Part shown: piece after piece, positions 47,234 through 59,765 of the stretch
How positions within the stretch are numbered: the stretch's first letter is position 1
Layout of the letters: each line of letters begins with the position of its first letter
Source: Zootoca vivipara
Lineage: Eukaryota
Direction: 5' to 3'
Length of the DNA: 64,000 bases
Assembly (NCBI RefSeq): GCF_963506605.1
Contig: NC_083281.1
Span: 45,446,001-45,510,000, forward strand
Notes under the pieces: generated by a model
Told to the model about the DNA's origin: nothing
Seen by the model: the letters and a program-made list of their open reading frames with translations, nothing else
Database searches by the model: none
Made by a program: the position numbers and the translations under genes

Positions 47234-48394
47234 ATATTTGAATGACATGTGGCAAAATCTCAAGAGAAACAGAAATCTCTCTCTCCCCCCCCAAAAAAAA
47301 CCCCACACATCAACTTCAGGATGAAAACAATATCAATGGACAAAAAGATGAAATCAAACAGAAATTTCTTCTGTCATTTTGAAGCCCATTTCACAAGAAC
47401 TTTACAAGACAGGTGAGATGAGAATTTGTAAGAGGCGCATGACTTTTTATGGGAACTTTTATGGTGCCTTGAAGACTAGCAGGTTTTTCAGCACAAACCT
47501 ATACCTGTTTCTGTTTTCTGTAAGTCCTCTTGAATGCAATGGGTATATTCTCAGGTAAGTGGGTGTTAGGAGTGCAGCCTTATTGTGTGACATCTACTGA
47601 CTACAGACCACTTGACTGGGTGCATGGAGAGAGATCCTCCATTGGGAGGGGAGACTCCTCACGAATGGGAGGAGGAAAGCCTTTTTTATTTTTTATTTTT
47701 AGTTTAGTTTAATCCACTCTTCTCATGCCAGCAAATGATCTGAAACACAGCTGTCCTTCAAAATTCACAGCTCTCCAAATTTTGTGATGCAGAAAAATGC
47801 ATACATTGGTGAAAAAGAAATGTGAGAGCTTAAAATTGAAGGATTCATTTATCCCTCAAGTCCAAATATACATAAATAGGCACAGGAAAAAGGGGGGTCA
47901 AATATTAGCTGCCTAATTGATGAGACCATAATAAAAAAAATCCTTCCAGCAGCACCTTAGAGACCAACTAAGTTTGTCATTGGTATGAGCTTTCGTGTGC
48001 ATGCACACTTCTTTATATCCTTTTATTTCAATGGCTCTGAGTATGACAGACATTGGGTGCAACCCTGTATTTCCCTACACCAAGAAAACTAGCATGTCAT
48101 GTGGGCAGCTAGATTTGAACCCCTCTCTGATTTCTCCTGTTCTTGTTCCTGGCCCAGATAGAAGTGAAGCAGGTGCAGACGGCAACATTTTTGATGTGGC
48201 CTCAGACGATGGTTTTGCCCAGGCAAAGCAGACACAAATTCTACCAGGCAGTTCTGCTTTCCCCTTCTGATCACCCACAGGATTTTGATGAAGAAATCAG
48301 GTTTGTCAGCCTTTAAATTTCATAATGTTTTTGGGAAATTCTACTGCACAACAGTAAATAATCACTCCAGGGTGTATTGTTAAAGTTCTCATTA

Positions 48395-49390
48395 GGTGTC
48401 ATCTTTGGCTATCACTCACGGCTGAGTAAGATTGTCTTCCATGAACATGGTTTTAATAGTGGGTCCGTAAGTGACTGTGGAGGCCAATTCTGGATCCACA
48501 CATCCATAGGCTACTGGGCAGGAGTTGATCACAGTGAGGGTTTGTCAAACATGCCTTTCTCTTAGCTAGTTTCTCCTTTTTGCCCTGAGTTTGTGCTTCT
48601 TCAAAGTCCATGACACCTTTGGTAAAGGCTGTTCTCCAACTGGAGCGCTCACAGGCCAGTGTTTCCTAGTTGTCGGTGTTTATACTACAGTACTTTTTTT
48701 AAAAAAAGATTTGCCTTGAGAGAGTCTTTAAACCTCTTTTGTTGTCCACTGCTTTTGTTGTCTTAAATTGGGAATAGAGTAGTTGCTCTGGAAGATGATC
48801 ACCAGGCATCCGCACAACATGACCAGTCCAACGAAGTTGATGTTGAAGAATCCTTGCTTCAACACTGGTGATCTTTGCTTCTTTCAGTACACTGAACATT
48901 AGTTTGCCTGTTTTCCCGAGTGATGTGTAGAATTTTTCGGAGACACGGTTGATGGAATCTTTCGAGAAGCTGGAGATGGCATTTATAAGTGGTCCATGTT
49001 TCACAAGCATACAGTAAAGTTGGTAGTACAATAGCTTTGTAAACAAGCATTTTGGTCTCCCTGCGAATGTCCCGGTCCTCAAACACTCTGCGCTTCAATC
49101 AGGAGAAAGATGCACTCGCAGAGCTCAGGCGATGCTGGATTTCGACATTGATGTCAGCCCTTGTGGAAAGATAACCGCCCAGGTAGGAATGTGATCAGCA
49201 CTTTTCAACTTTACACCATCAAGTTGGATTTGTGGTGCTGCAGAGGGGTTGTTTTGTGCTTGTTGGTGCAGCAGTTTGGTTCTTTGGATATTGAGTGATA
49301 GACCAAGCTTTCCATAAGCTTCTGCAAAAATATTTAGGATGGTTTCAAGGTCATCCTCTGAGTGCACACACTACATTGTCATCAGCATAA
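48395..49390 (-). mobile_element. RTE-clade LINE 3' fragment (not BovB), frameshifted
   Basis: YADNVVC(V)HSEDDL..; VYKAIVLPTLLYACETWT; QLRWTGHVVRMPGDHLPEQLLY. Confidence 0.88.
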
Positions 49391-50323
49391 AGCTCTAAGT
49401 ACTCCCAGTACTTAAAATTTTTTTTAAATACAGCAAACAAAGCATCCCATAAAAGCAAACATAAAGGTCAGAGGAATAAAATTTTCACACCTATTGTTAC
49501 TCCCAGTACTTAATCACTGGTTGAAATGATTGTGCCTAAATTAGTCGTGCCCATTAATTTCACTGGATAGGCTTGACTAAATAAGAATTTCTTCAGCAGA
49601 TGTCAAAAAGAATACAGTGAAGGTGTCTGCCTGATATCAACTGTTTCCACACTAAATGATCATGTTTACAGATGTGGTGCAGGTATTATGTGGCATCTGT
49701 AGTAGTGCCAGTTCTGTCAATCAAAGTGGTCAGATGGGCACGTATGGGCTAAGGCAATCTCTTAGGTAGCATGGAATACAGCCCACAGACACAGTTTCCT
49801 ATACCCCTCTCTGCTATTGCAGTACAGAGCACTGAAGTTCATTGTTTGCTCAGTGTGTGTGTGTGAATTGTTCAGGCAATTGTTGGGGGAAGGGGGCAAA
49901 AGGCAAGGAGGAGGCGGGGGATTATAAATGACTGGAGGTATAAATGACTACCAGACATTGAAAAGCAGATCAAGTGCACCTATTTTGTTGAATTAATCAG
50001 AATTTGAATAAATGTGCAATTAATTGTTAGCACTTTCAATCTTATTCTGTTTATCTTCGCTAGTTGGTCATGCAACCTGCCGGTCTGCAGAATGCTTTTT
50101 ATAGTATGATATGGCATGGCATAGCATGGACTAGGGACGAGTTTTTGGAACCAAGAAGGCAGTGGCCTGAAAAGGTATTTATTATTTTTCTTATGCTACC
50201 CCTGGGCTGGTGAAGTAACTTCTATTCAGGGCCTTCTTTTTTGTTAATCCTTTTTATGCCTGTAATTAAAGATGGCAGAGAACTCCCTCCCCATACCTTC
50301 TCTCCTTGTGAAGGAGGTGTTTG

Positions 50324-52192
50324 TTTTTGTGTTTTTTTAAAATAATTTTTATTGAAGATTTTCAACTTAAACATCATATCATCATAACATAAACAATTAA
50401 CCTAGAAAAAACAAGAAAAATAAAAAATAAATAAAAAATAAAGAAAGGCAAAAAATAAATAAATTCAATCTTATCTAATATTCCTTAACACAACTTCGAC
50501 TTCCCCATCCCTCCCTTCCCGAGTCCATTTTAATCCCAACTTCAACAATTTCCCCCATTTAATAAATTCCTCTTATAATACAATCTAAATTATCACATAA
50601 TTAATTAATTTCAAATCCTATAAAATTTAAAATTCCCTTAAAAATATTCAATATATAAAACCCCTTAGCCTATAGATTCCCTTAAAAATATTCCCAATTA
50701 TTTATCTAATGACCTCACTCTTCATCTATTACCCATATTTTTTAACACCCTCCTCCTTCCCCTGGTTGGCAATTCCCTGTAAACCCCGGCCAGCTCCTTA
50801 TAACAATCCATTTTTCATACCATTTAATCCATCCCATGTTTATAATTCCTTATATTTTTCACCCCACTCCATCTCTTGCCCACTCCATACTACCTCCCTC
50901 TCTCCACCTCTCCTTCTGTTGTTCCAATCTCTGTCCCCAAATACCTTTCCCAGCTTTCTTCTTCTTGTCCCCCCAAAGCCAAATCTTGTTCTGATCTGTT
51001 GTCATTGTCTGATTGGCCTTGACCAGAATCTGGACTCCCTCTCCCACTGAGAGGCCAGCATCCTGAGTCTTTTCTTGGACTGGAGCCTTCTGAATAAAAT
51101 CAATGTCCTTTGCAGCTTCCCTCACAAATTGCTCAGGCTTCACATTTTTCGGTTCATCTTGAATCTCATCTTGTAATTCCAAATTATCCTTTAGGGGAAA
51201 CAGTTGTATCACTTCTTTAAAACTTTGTGTCTGTCTTCTATATTCCTGCACATCCTCCACCCACTCTTGAACTTGTTCTAACAGATGTTGCATACGGTCT
51301 TTGTCCAGTTGGGGACTCATTGTTTTGTCTGTCCAGTTCCTTTGTGTTCTCAAATTACAGTGGAAGGCATATGCTGTTATTTCCAAAGACGGTGCACTGT
51401 TCTTTCCCAGGCTACCTTCAATCCTTTTAATTATACTTGGTCCTTTATTTATCCTGTAAAATCCAACTTCACTTTTTACTTCCAAAGTCTTTCACAACAC
51501 AAATCCCGCTATTTCTACACCTAATTCAAAAGTTGAAGAGTTCTTCTTGATAGATAACTTCCTAACCAGTGACATCACAATGGCGGCTGGTCTTTGTTTC
51601 CAGGCTCTTGCCCCCAGGTTGCCGAAGGGCTCGTTCCAAATTTAGATTTTTTGCAGAGATCCACAGAGTCCAATCTCCTTCCCTTGGCTCTGCCCCACAG
51701 GGAAGGGGTCCAACATGATTTTTTAGCGGATTTCAAAGTCCCGTTTCAGCATCTTAGCTGCAGGTTTTGTAACTGCTTGTGTATCTCGGTGGGGGGGACA
51801 CACGACCTCCGTTTCCTTTTTTAGATTCCCCTCCCAGGACCAAATCTTCTCCAATTGTTAATCCCCCCCAAAATTTTTACTTACAAGTCCAATCTTTACT
51901 TGGAGGTATCTGACGCTCAACTGTCACCGGCACAGAGCTTTATGTAGCAGTCTACCCAAGCCCCCCCCCCCCTGCTCAGCCTGCTCTTGGCGCTCCTCAA
52001 AAGGAGCTTCCCGGGCAGCGAACGGGACTCTGCGGGGCTCAGCTGGGTACCCATGTCCCCGGAACGCTCAATCCAGGGGTTCTCCGGGGGGGGGGGGTCG
52101 CGGTGCTCTCACAACTCTCCCCCCCCAGGTCGCTAAGTGCCTCGGAGACCGAGGATTCCCCCGCCGGTTGGCAAATGGCAACAGACCGGAAG
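50324..52192 (-). mobile_element. Full-length non-autonomous L1-mobilised element (HAL1-like, no RT)
   Basis: 18-bp TSD ttgtgaag(g/a)aggtgtttg at 50306-50323 / 52193-52210; CpG-rich 5' end starting CTTCCGG; AATAAA and A-rich tail; 208-codon ORF at 50859-51485. Confidence 0.75.
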
Positions 52193-52717
52193 TTGTGAAG
52201 AAGGTGTTTGAGGCCATAGGACAGAAACTTTCAACCTTTTTGAGTCCACGGCTCCCTTGAGCAATTACATTCTTTCTGCAGCACCCCTGTGGGGCTCAGG
52301 AGCCCCGTTATGTCACCCCTTGCCTGCAGGGGTGCTCCCTTATGGAGTGTTCCCTCAGCCTCCTCTCCACTCCCATCTCCTTGGGAGGCCTCTGGGCAGC
52401 CACCACTGCCGTCCCTGGTCTCTGAGCTGCCAGCCACCCTCCTGCCCCAAAGAGAGGTGCCTCCCAGAGGCACTATCCGCTTGCAGAGTTTATAGCCAGG
52501 GCTGCTGCAATAAATAGCCATAGGAGCTCGGTCACACCATCTAGTTCATCCCTAGGCTTGCAGCTGGGGAAGGAAGGCCGTCTCCAAATTTCCTCTCCCC
52601 CTCAAGTTTTTTAAAAACAAATAATTAAATCTGCAGCAAAGCCTTTGTTTAAAGGTCTTCTTGTAATGATTTTCTCTCACAGAGGCCAAGCAAACCTCTA
52701 GGCACCCTTCCCAAGCT

Positions 52718-53140
52718 AACAACAACAACAACAACAACAACAACAATTTATTTATACCCCACCCATCTGGCTGAGTTTCCCTAGCCACTCTGGGCGGCTC
52801 CCAATCGAGTGTTAAAAACAATACAGCATTAAATATTAAAAACTTCCCTAAACAGGGCTGCCTTCAGATGTCTTTTAAAAATAGGATAGCTGCTTATTTC
52901 CTTGACATCTGATGGGAGGGCATTCCACAGGGCAGGCGCCACTACCGAGAAGGCCCTCTGTCTGTTTCTCTGTAACCTTAGTTCTCGCAATGAGGGAACT
53001 GCCAGAAGGCCCTCAGCGCTGGATCTCAGTGTCCAGACTGAACGATAGGGGTGGAGACGCTCCTTCAGGTATACAGGACCAGGGTCATTTAGGGCTTTAA
53101 AGGTCAGCACCAACACTTTGAATTGTGCTTGGAAACGTAC
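52718..53140 (-). mobile_element. L2-clade LINE 3' fragment with (TTG)n tail
   Basis: Same family as 8704-9390: [24 protein letters not shown]. Confidence 0.9.
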
Positions 53141-54154
53141 CTGGATATTTAAAACATTGATGCTTGTTTATATCTGCTTTAAGTTTATTGCTGATTTTAA
53201 TATTTTGAATGGTTTAAACTGTTGTTATTCATTGTTTCATTTTTGGGGGTAAACCTGGACTGGGAAAGGCTTGCCACAGTAGTTCATGCATTGGTTGCTT
53301 CAAGACTGGATTACTAAAATGCGCTCTGTGTGGGGCTTTGCTTGCACTTGAACTGGAAGGTGCAGTTAGTGCAGAATGCTGCAGCAATGGTTGCTTACAG
53401 GAGTGAGCTCTTGTCAGCATAGAACACCTGTGCTCAGAGATCTGCACTGGCTTTCAATTTGCTACTGGTCCAGGTTCAAGGTGTAACTATTTGCATGTAA
53501 ACCCTATCTGTAAGACCACTTTTAGTGTGACAGCACCTAGACTTTGGAAATCTCTGCTGATTAAGACCAATCAGGTACCTCCAGGTGTGCCTTTTTCAGC
53601 ACCTGCTAAAAACTTGGCGCCTACCCAGATGCTTAGAAAGTTGAGGTAATTTTAATCTGCTTTTGTATGCTTTATACAGTGGTTGTTAATCTTTCTCAAT
53701 TTTATTGTTTTTTTAATTGTAAACTGCTTTGAGGAGGTGGTGGTAGTGGTTGTTTTTACAACCCAGCAGTGCATTTATGAAATAAATGAATAAACTAAGT
53801 AAATAATTGGTGAACGGAGGAATTGATTGGGCTGCTTAGATGTGGCACAGACCCACCAGGGTGAGGTTCTCAAGAAATAAAACTGGGGCGTCTGACATAG
53901 ACTCACAGTGGAAAATCTATATGTCTGCCCAAAGTACAATAACGCCAAAAAGTTCGTTTTGCACAAGCATGCATGGCCTGAAGGATAAGGTAGGGAAAAT
54001 GTGGGGCATTATTCCTACCCTCCAACATCCTTTTGCATGTTAAGATTTTTTATATAAGGATGTTACGGAGAGAGAAAAAGAACAAGCCCTTGCTAGAGAC
54101 ATTGGGTTCTTATCTCATTATACACGATAAAGCTATTTTTAGCTCTCTCTCTTT

Positions 54155-54420
54155 TTGCTTTTTCTTGTAAGACCAATTGCAGTCATCAACAGGTTTACCA
54201 CAGCTATCAGCCAATCACCCATTCCCACCATCCTTCTGAGTAATACCCCTCCCCAGCCTCTCACTATATATGAGGGTCTGGTGATTCAGTGTACTGTATC
54301 TGAAGAAGTGTGCATGCACACGAAAGCTCATACCACTGACAAACTTAGTTGGTCTCTAAGGTGCTACTGGAAGGAATTTTTTTATTTTGTTTCGACTACG
54401 GCAGACCAACATGGCTACCC
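54155..54420 (+). mobile_element. Penelope-like element terminal fragment (related short pieces on - at about 38545-38640 and 47930-48010)
   Basis: ctgaagaagtgtgcatgcacacgaaagctcatacc..ttagttggtctctaaggtgct motif, typical of reptile Penelope-like element ends. Confidence 0.6.
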
Positions 54421-54439
54421 ACCTATAACTAAAGCCAAA

Positions 54440-55410
54440 TTGTTACTAAAAAAACCTTAAAGAATCTGAAAGGAAAGAAATAACATAAATGACAAGAATA
54501 GAAGTACATAAAAAAGTAAAGTATTTGGGTGTATGGATAACAGCAAAAAACATAAATATCTTGCGAGATAATTATGGGGAAAAATTGGCATGGAATTAAA
54601 AGAAATTTGGAATAGGATGAATCTCTCCTTATTGGGAAGAATTGCAACTATAAAAATGAATGTACTTCCAAGGGTGTTAGTCCTCTTCCAAGCTAGATAG
54701 GGAGGAAATAACAGAACTGGAAGGACATGACAACAGGTTTGAATGGCATGCTTATCTATGGCATGGAAAGGCAAAAATACATAAAGGGTTTCACAGTCAT
54801 AAAGTAAGGAGATAATTGTTTAAAGTGTGGGGAAAACACAAAGACCTACTAGAACCTAAGACACCTTGGTGGTTATCACCTATTGAGGCATTGTCACTTA
54901 AAACATTGGGGAAAAATTAAAACTGAAAGAATATGAAGAAATAAAGGAAAGGGGGGGGAGGGGAAGTCCATAAGACAATGATCAGAAAAATGGGTGTTTA
55001 AAATTAGATTTGTTTTGTTTGTTTGCCTTCTTTTTTTGTTAGTTATATGTTATATTGTATGAGTTTTTTATGTTTATTCTGTTAAAAAGGAAAAATGAAT
55101 AAAAATTATTTACAAAAAAAGAAGGATATTTTTAAAGAGTACAATAAGAAAGGCTTTTCATATTTGGTTTCCCAATTCCAAAAGGAAGTGATAGAAGAAA
55201 ACTCAAAATTATTTTAAAAAGGCATATAATATCCTTTTGGAGTGGGAAACTAAAGATGAAGAAGTGAAGTCGGTAATAATAAAATGGGCACAAGATATAG
55301 GCCACAATATACAATTTGAAAACTGGATAAAATTGTGGAAAGTAAATTTGAAATTTACGGATTGTATATTGTTGAGAGAGAATTACATGAAGATTTTGTA
55401 TAGATGGTAC
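54440..55410 (+). mobile_element. L1/Tx1 ORF2 fragments
   Basis: GRIATIKMNVLPRVL; IKWAQDIGHNIQFENWIKLWK..LRENYMKILYRWY. Confidence 0.8.
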
Positions 55411-56619
55411 AGTATACAGTGGTGCCTCGCAGGATGAATTTAATTCGTTCCGCGAGTCAATTCGTTTTGCGAAAAATTCATCTTGCGAATCGCGGTTTCC
55501 CATAGGAATCCATTGAAATTTCTTTTTTCCCCCATAGGAATGCATTAATTAAATTAAATTAAAATGAAAAAGAAGTTAGACTTCATTCGCTGTAAAAGAT
55601 GGTGTTGGGGGAGGGGAGCCTACAGCTTCTTTATATAAAGTTTTCTTCTCTAAATTTATGATTCAGCAACTCTCCCTTGGCATGCTAGTTCAAATTATGT
55701 ATGTACAGGTGAAAAGAGATGAAACTGGATTGCAGTTATAGAATATAACATTAAATTGAACTCTGTGTTTGTTATATATATAAAAAAAAGGAAAAAGGGA
55801 GGGAAGCTCTATTTTGCAAACGGTTTACAAAGGAAACTTAGAGCTGATTCTTCCCCATCCTCTATTATCTACGGACTGAACTGAATAATGCTGAAAGGAC
55901 TTGGAATTTAATTTAATTTGAAGTATATTTGCTTATCTTCGGCTGAATGGAGGGATGAAAGGTGAAATACAAGCTTGCCAAGGAGTTCATGGGTCGGAGC
56001 AATGGGGACAATCTCCAAAAGCACCTGATGCAGAGGGATCCCCATTGCATGGGCCGTCAAGCCTCCGCTTAAAGACCTCCAAAGAAGGAGACTCCACCAC
56101 ACTCCTTGGCAGCAAATTCCACTGTCGAACAGCTCTTACTGTCAGGAAGTTCTTCCTAATGTTTAGGTGGAATCTTATTTCTTCTAGTTTGAATCCATTG
56201 AATCCAACCTTTCTCCTTCCTCTATATGACATCCTTTTATATATTTGAACATGGCTATCATATCACCCCTTAACCTTCTCTACTCCAGGCTAAACATACC
56301 CAGCTCCCTAAGCCGTTCCTCATAAGGCATCGTTTCTAGGCCTTTGACCATTTTGGTTGCCCTCTTCTGGACACGTTCCAGCTTGTCAGTATCCTTCTTG
56401 AACTGTGGTGCCCAGAACTGGACACAGTACTCCAGGTGAGGTCTGACCAGAGCAGAATACAGTGGTACTATTACCGTGTTTCCCCTTTTTTAAGACGTAA
56501 TCATAAAGTAAGCCATGGCAGGATTTTTAAACATTTGCGAAATGTAAGACATACCCCGAAAATAAGGCATACCTCCATGCCGTGTGGAGCGAGACCGCCG
56601 AACGCCCCAGCCAGCCAGC

Positions 56620-57440
56620 GGGACTCAGAACGTCGGCTGTGGCAGCAGCAGCAGGAGGAGGCCTGACGGCTCGGTGCCTGGAGCCGGAACCGGCGGCTGC
56701 AGCGTGGAGCGTGCCAAGCTCTCCGCAACACCAAACAGTTGGAGCGCCCTGCTGGGCTGGGCGAGCGCCCCAGCCAGCGGTCTCCGCCTGGCCCAGCCGA
56801 GGAGACCTGCCTCCCCGCCACCCAAAACCGGCAGCTGCAGCGTGGTGTGCACCGAACGCTTCGCAGCACCAAGTGCTTTGTCGGGCCGGGCGGAGCGCCT
56901 GAGCCAGCGGCCTCTGCCTGGCCCCGCCGAGACCTGCCACCCCGCCACCCAGAACCGGCAGCTGCAGCGTGGAGCGCACCAAGTGCTCCGGAGCACCGAG
57001 CGCTTGGAGCGCTCTGTCGGGCTGGGCGGAGCGCCTGAGCCAACAGCCTTCGCCTGGCCCCGCCGAGGAGACCTGCCTCCCCGCTGCCCAGAACCGGCGG
57101 CTGCAATGCCGAGCGCTTGGAGCGTTGAGCACTTGGAGCGCCGGCCGGGCAGAGCACCTAAGCCAGCGGCCTCCGCCTGGCCCGGCCAAGGAGGCCTGCC
57201 TCCCCGCCGCCCAGAGCCGGCGGCTGCAGCGTGGAGCACAGCAAGTGCTCCGGAGCGCCGAGCGCTTGGAGCGCCCTGCCGGGCCGGGCGGATCACCTAA
57301 GCCAGCGGCATCCGCCTGGCCTGGCCAAGGAGGCCTGCCTCCCCGCCGCCCGAAACTGGCGGCTGCAGCATGGAGCACGCCGAGCGCTCCGCAACGCCAA
57401 GTGCTTGGAGCGCCTTGCCGGGCCGGGCGGAGTGCCTGAG
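56620..57440. repeat. GC-rich minisatellite, about 6 units of 123-139 bp
   Basis: Anchor ctgca(g/a) recurs at 56697, 56835, 56962, 57101, 57224 and 57363. Confidence 0.85.
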
Positions 57441-57449
57441 CCTGTGGCC

Positions 57450-57539
57450 CATAGCTGCCAAGTTTTCCCTTTTCTCGTGAGGAAGCCTATTCAGCATAAG
57501 GGAAAATCCCTTTAAAAAAGGGATAACTCGGCAGCTATG
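57450..57539. mobile_element. 90-bp hAT-type MITE
   Basis: TIR catagctgcc; 8-bp TSD ctgtggcc (57442-57449 / 57540-57547); near-identical to 46214-46303. Confidence 0.88.
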
Positions 57540-57921
57540 CTGTGGCCTCCGGATCGGCAGAAATCAGGGGACTGGGTGGGAGGGCGACTGCAGCATCCGG
57601 AGGGCTGGGGGGTTGCTCTGGGACTTCTCTCCCTCCCTCCTTCTCCGTCTCTTTCCCCTCTCATCAGACACTCATGTGCTGCATCTGCATTGGGGTAACT
57701 TGATGGTAGAATTTGGGCTAGATGACAGGTAATTTTTTTTTAAAAAAAAGACACCCCACCGAAAATAAGACACCCTGTGTTTTTTTGAGAAAAAAAGTTA
57801 TAAGACGATGTCTTAAAAAAGGGGAAACACGGTGCTTCCCTTGATCTAGATGCTATACTCCTATTAATGCAGCCCAGAATTGCATTGGCTTTTTTAGCTG
57901 CTGCATCACACTGTTGACTCG

Positions 57922-58475
57922 TGTAGTAATGGAAAACCAGTAACGAGACGGGAGACAGGGTAGAGTTCCAAAAGGCCAACCCTCAGGAGCCTGTATTTAT
58001 TGACAGCAACTTTGACAGCTAATGATTAACTTGTAATGCAGCTTCCAACCAATTAAAGGAGTGTAGTCTCATGCATAGTAATGTCTTGGTACATGTTACT
58101 TCCTGCCAACACCCAAAATTTCCGCCATGAAGGAAGTGGTGAACTGCACATCCCACATATCATGTACCTGTCACATGCCTGCTCTTTAAACATCCCCCTC
58201 CTCTCCATCTTGTGACCCTCAGTACTTTTCCAAGACCCCACCTGTTTCCCATTGATTCTTTCCTGACCCAAGTTTGACCCATCCTGGTCTTCTCCTGTCA
58301 AGCCTGCTTCAGCCAGATCTATCCCAATCTTTCCAGATCCACCAAGCCCCATCCAGTGCAACTGACCTATGCCTTTACCTCCTGACCTCTCATTGTACTG
58401 GCTTGCCAGTATTACACTTCCTAATCCTAGAGGATCGGCGGGTGTGCCATGCCATTTCCCTAAATCAACCCCACA
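57922..58475 (-). mobile_element. Solo LTR (554 bp)
   Basis: TGT..ACA termini, 6-bp TSD gactcg (57916-57921 / 58476-58481), AATAAA on - at 57996-58001. Confidence 0.8.
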
Positions 58476-59167
58476 GACTCGTGTCAAGTTTGTGGTCTAC
58501 CAAGACTCCTAGATCCTTTTCACATGTACTGCTCTCAAGCCAGGTGTCACCCATCCTGTATTTGTGCCTTTCATTTTTTTTTTTTGCCCAAGTGTAGTAC
58601 TTTACATTTCTCCCTGTTAAAATTCATCTTGTTTGCTTTGGCCCAGTTGTCTAATCTGTTAAGGTCATTTTGAAGTGTGATCCTGTCCTCTGGGGTATTA
58701 GCCACCCCTCCCAATTTGGTGTCATCTGCAAACTTGATCAGAATGCCCTCAAGCCCATCATCCAAGTCATTGATAAAGATGTTGAGTAAGACTGGGCCCA
58801 AGACAGAACCCTGTGGCACCCCACTAGTCACTACTCTCCAGGATGAGGAGGAGCCATTGATGAGCACCCTTTGGGTTCGGTCAGTAAGCCAGTTACAAAT
58901 CCACTGAATGGTAGCATTGTCTAGCCCACATTTTACCAGCTTCTTTACTAGAATATCAAGGGGCACCTTGTCAAAGGCCTTGCTGAAATCAATGTTGATG
59001 TTGTGGTTGATATTGCTAGCCTTCATATCACATTTGCATTACATTCAGCACAAACACACCCTTATCTGCAGGTGGATAGTAATCAAATTAAACAAATGAT
59101 GCCACAAAACAACACACACACTCACTGGCTGGAAAAGTAGACCAAGTCAGTGCCATTTATCTAGGAT

Positions 59168-59315
59168 CAGTGCTTTTTTCCATAAAAAATGTTTAGGGGT
59201 ACTCTCATTTTCCTACTCATATTGAAATACTGCCCCTCAATGAGGTCAAACTTAGATTCACAAAATGTTTAGGGGTATGTGTACCCCTGCATCCTCTCTA
59301 AAAACATAAGCACTG
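59168..59315. mobile_element. hAT-type MITE
   Basis: cagtgctt..aagcactg termini; 8-bp TSD tctaggat. Confidence 0.8.
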
Positions 59316-59424
59316 TCTAGGATGGTGCACAACCAGCCATTTCCTATTTATCTGTAAGTTTGTTTATGTACTAGTTACAGGTAGGTAGCCGGAGCATTCT
59401 CACAGACTATCGTCTGTGGGCCGG

Positions 59425-59765
59425 ATATGCACAGAAGCTATTTCCGGCACCGCGCCGCCCATGTCCAGGACGCCAGAAATAGCTTCTGCGCATGTCCGCA
59501 GCGCCGGAAAATGCTTCTACTTCTGCAGCTGCGCAGATGCCAGAAATCACGCTTATGCAGAAGCGATTTTTGGCGTCTGGACATGCACAGACGCGATTTC
59601 CAGCGTCGCACTACCTATGTCCAGGACGCCGGAAATAGCTTCTGCGCATGTCCGCAGCACCAGAAAATGCTTCTGCTTCTGCGGCTGCGCATATGCCAGA
59701 AATCACGCTTATGCACAAGCAATTTTGGGCGTCTGGACATGCGCAGACGCGATGTCCGGCGCCGC
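59425..59765. repeat. 156-bp tandem duplication inside a probable DNA transposon remnant
   Basis: atgtccaggacgcc at 59461 and 59617; about 2.2 copies; CpG-rich. Confidence 0.75.

Larger units (their letters stand above)
56474..57832. mobile_element. Non-autonomous Tc1/mariner-type DNA transposon with internal GC-rich tandem array
   Basis: 23-bp perfect TIR ccgtgtttccccttttttaagac; left flank TA, right flank TG; splits the CR1 motif ggtactatta|cttcccttg. Confidence 0.85.
56040..58990 (-). mobile_element. Young CR1 LINE fragment split by two insertions
   Basis: RT core [38 protein letters not shown] (58571-58990) and a 3' end nearly identical to the 42600 copy. Confidence 0.92.

Noticed and set aside
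56436-57515. Long overlapping ORFs (218-283 aa) on both strands
   Set aside because: By-product of a stop-poor GC-rich tandem array inside a TIR-bounded element; repetitive low-complexity translations.
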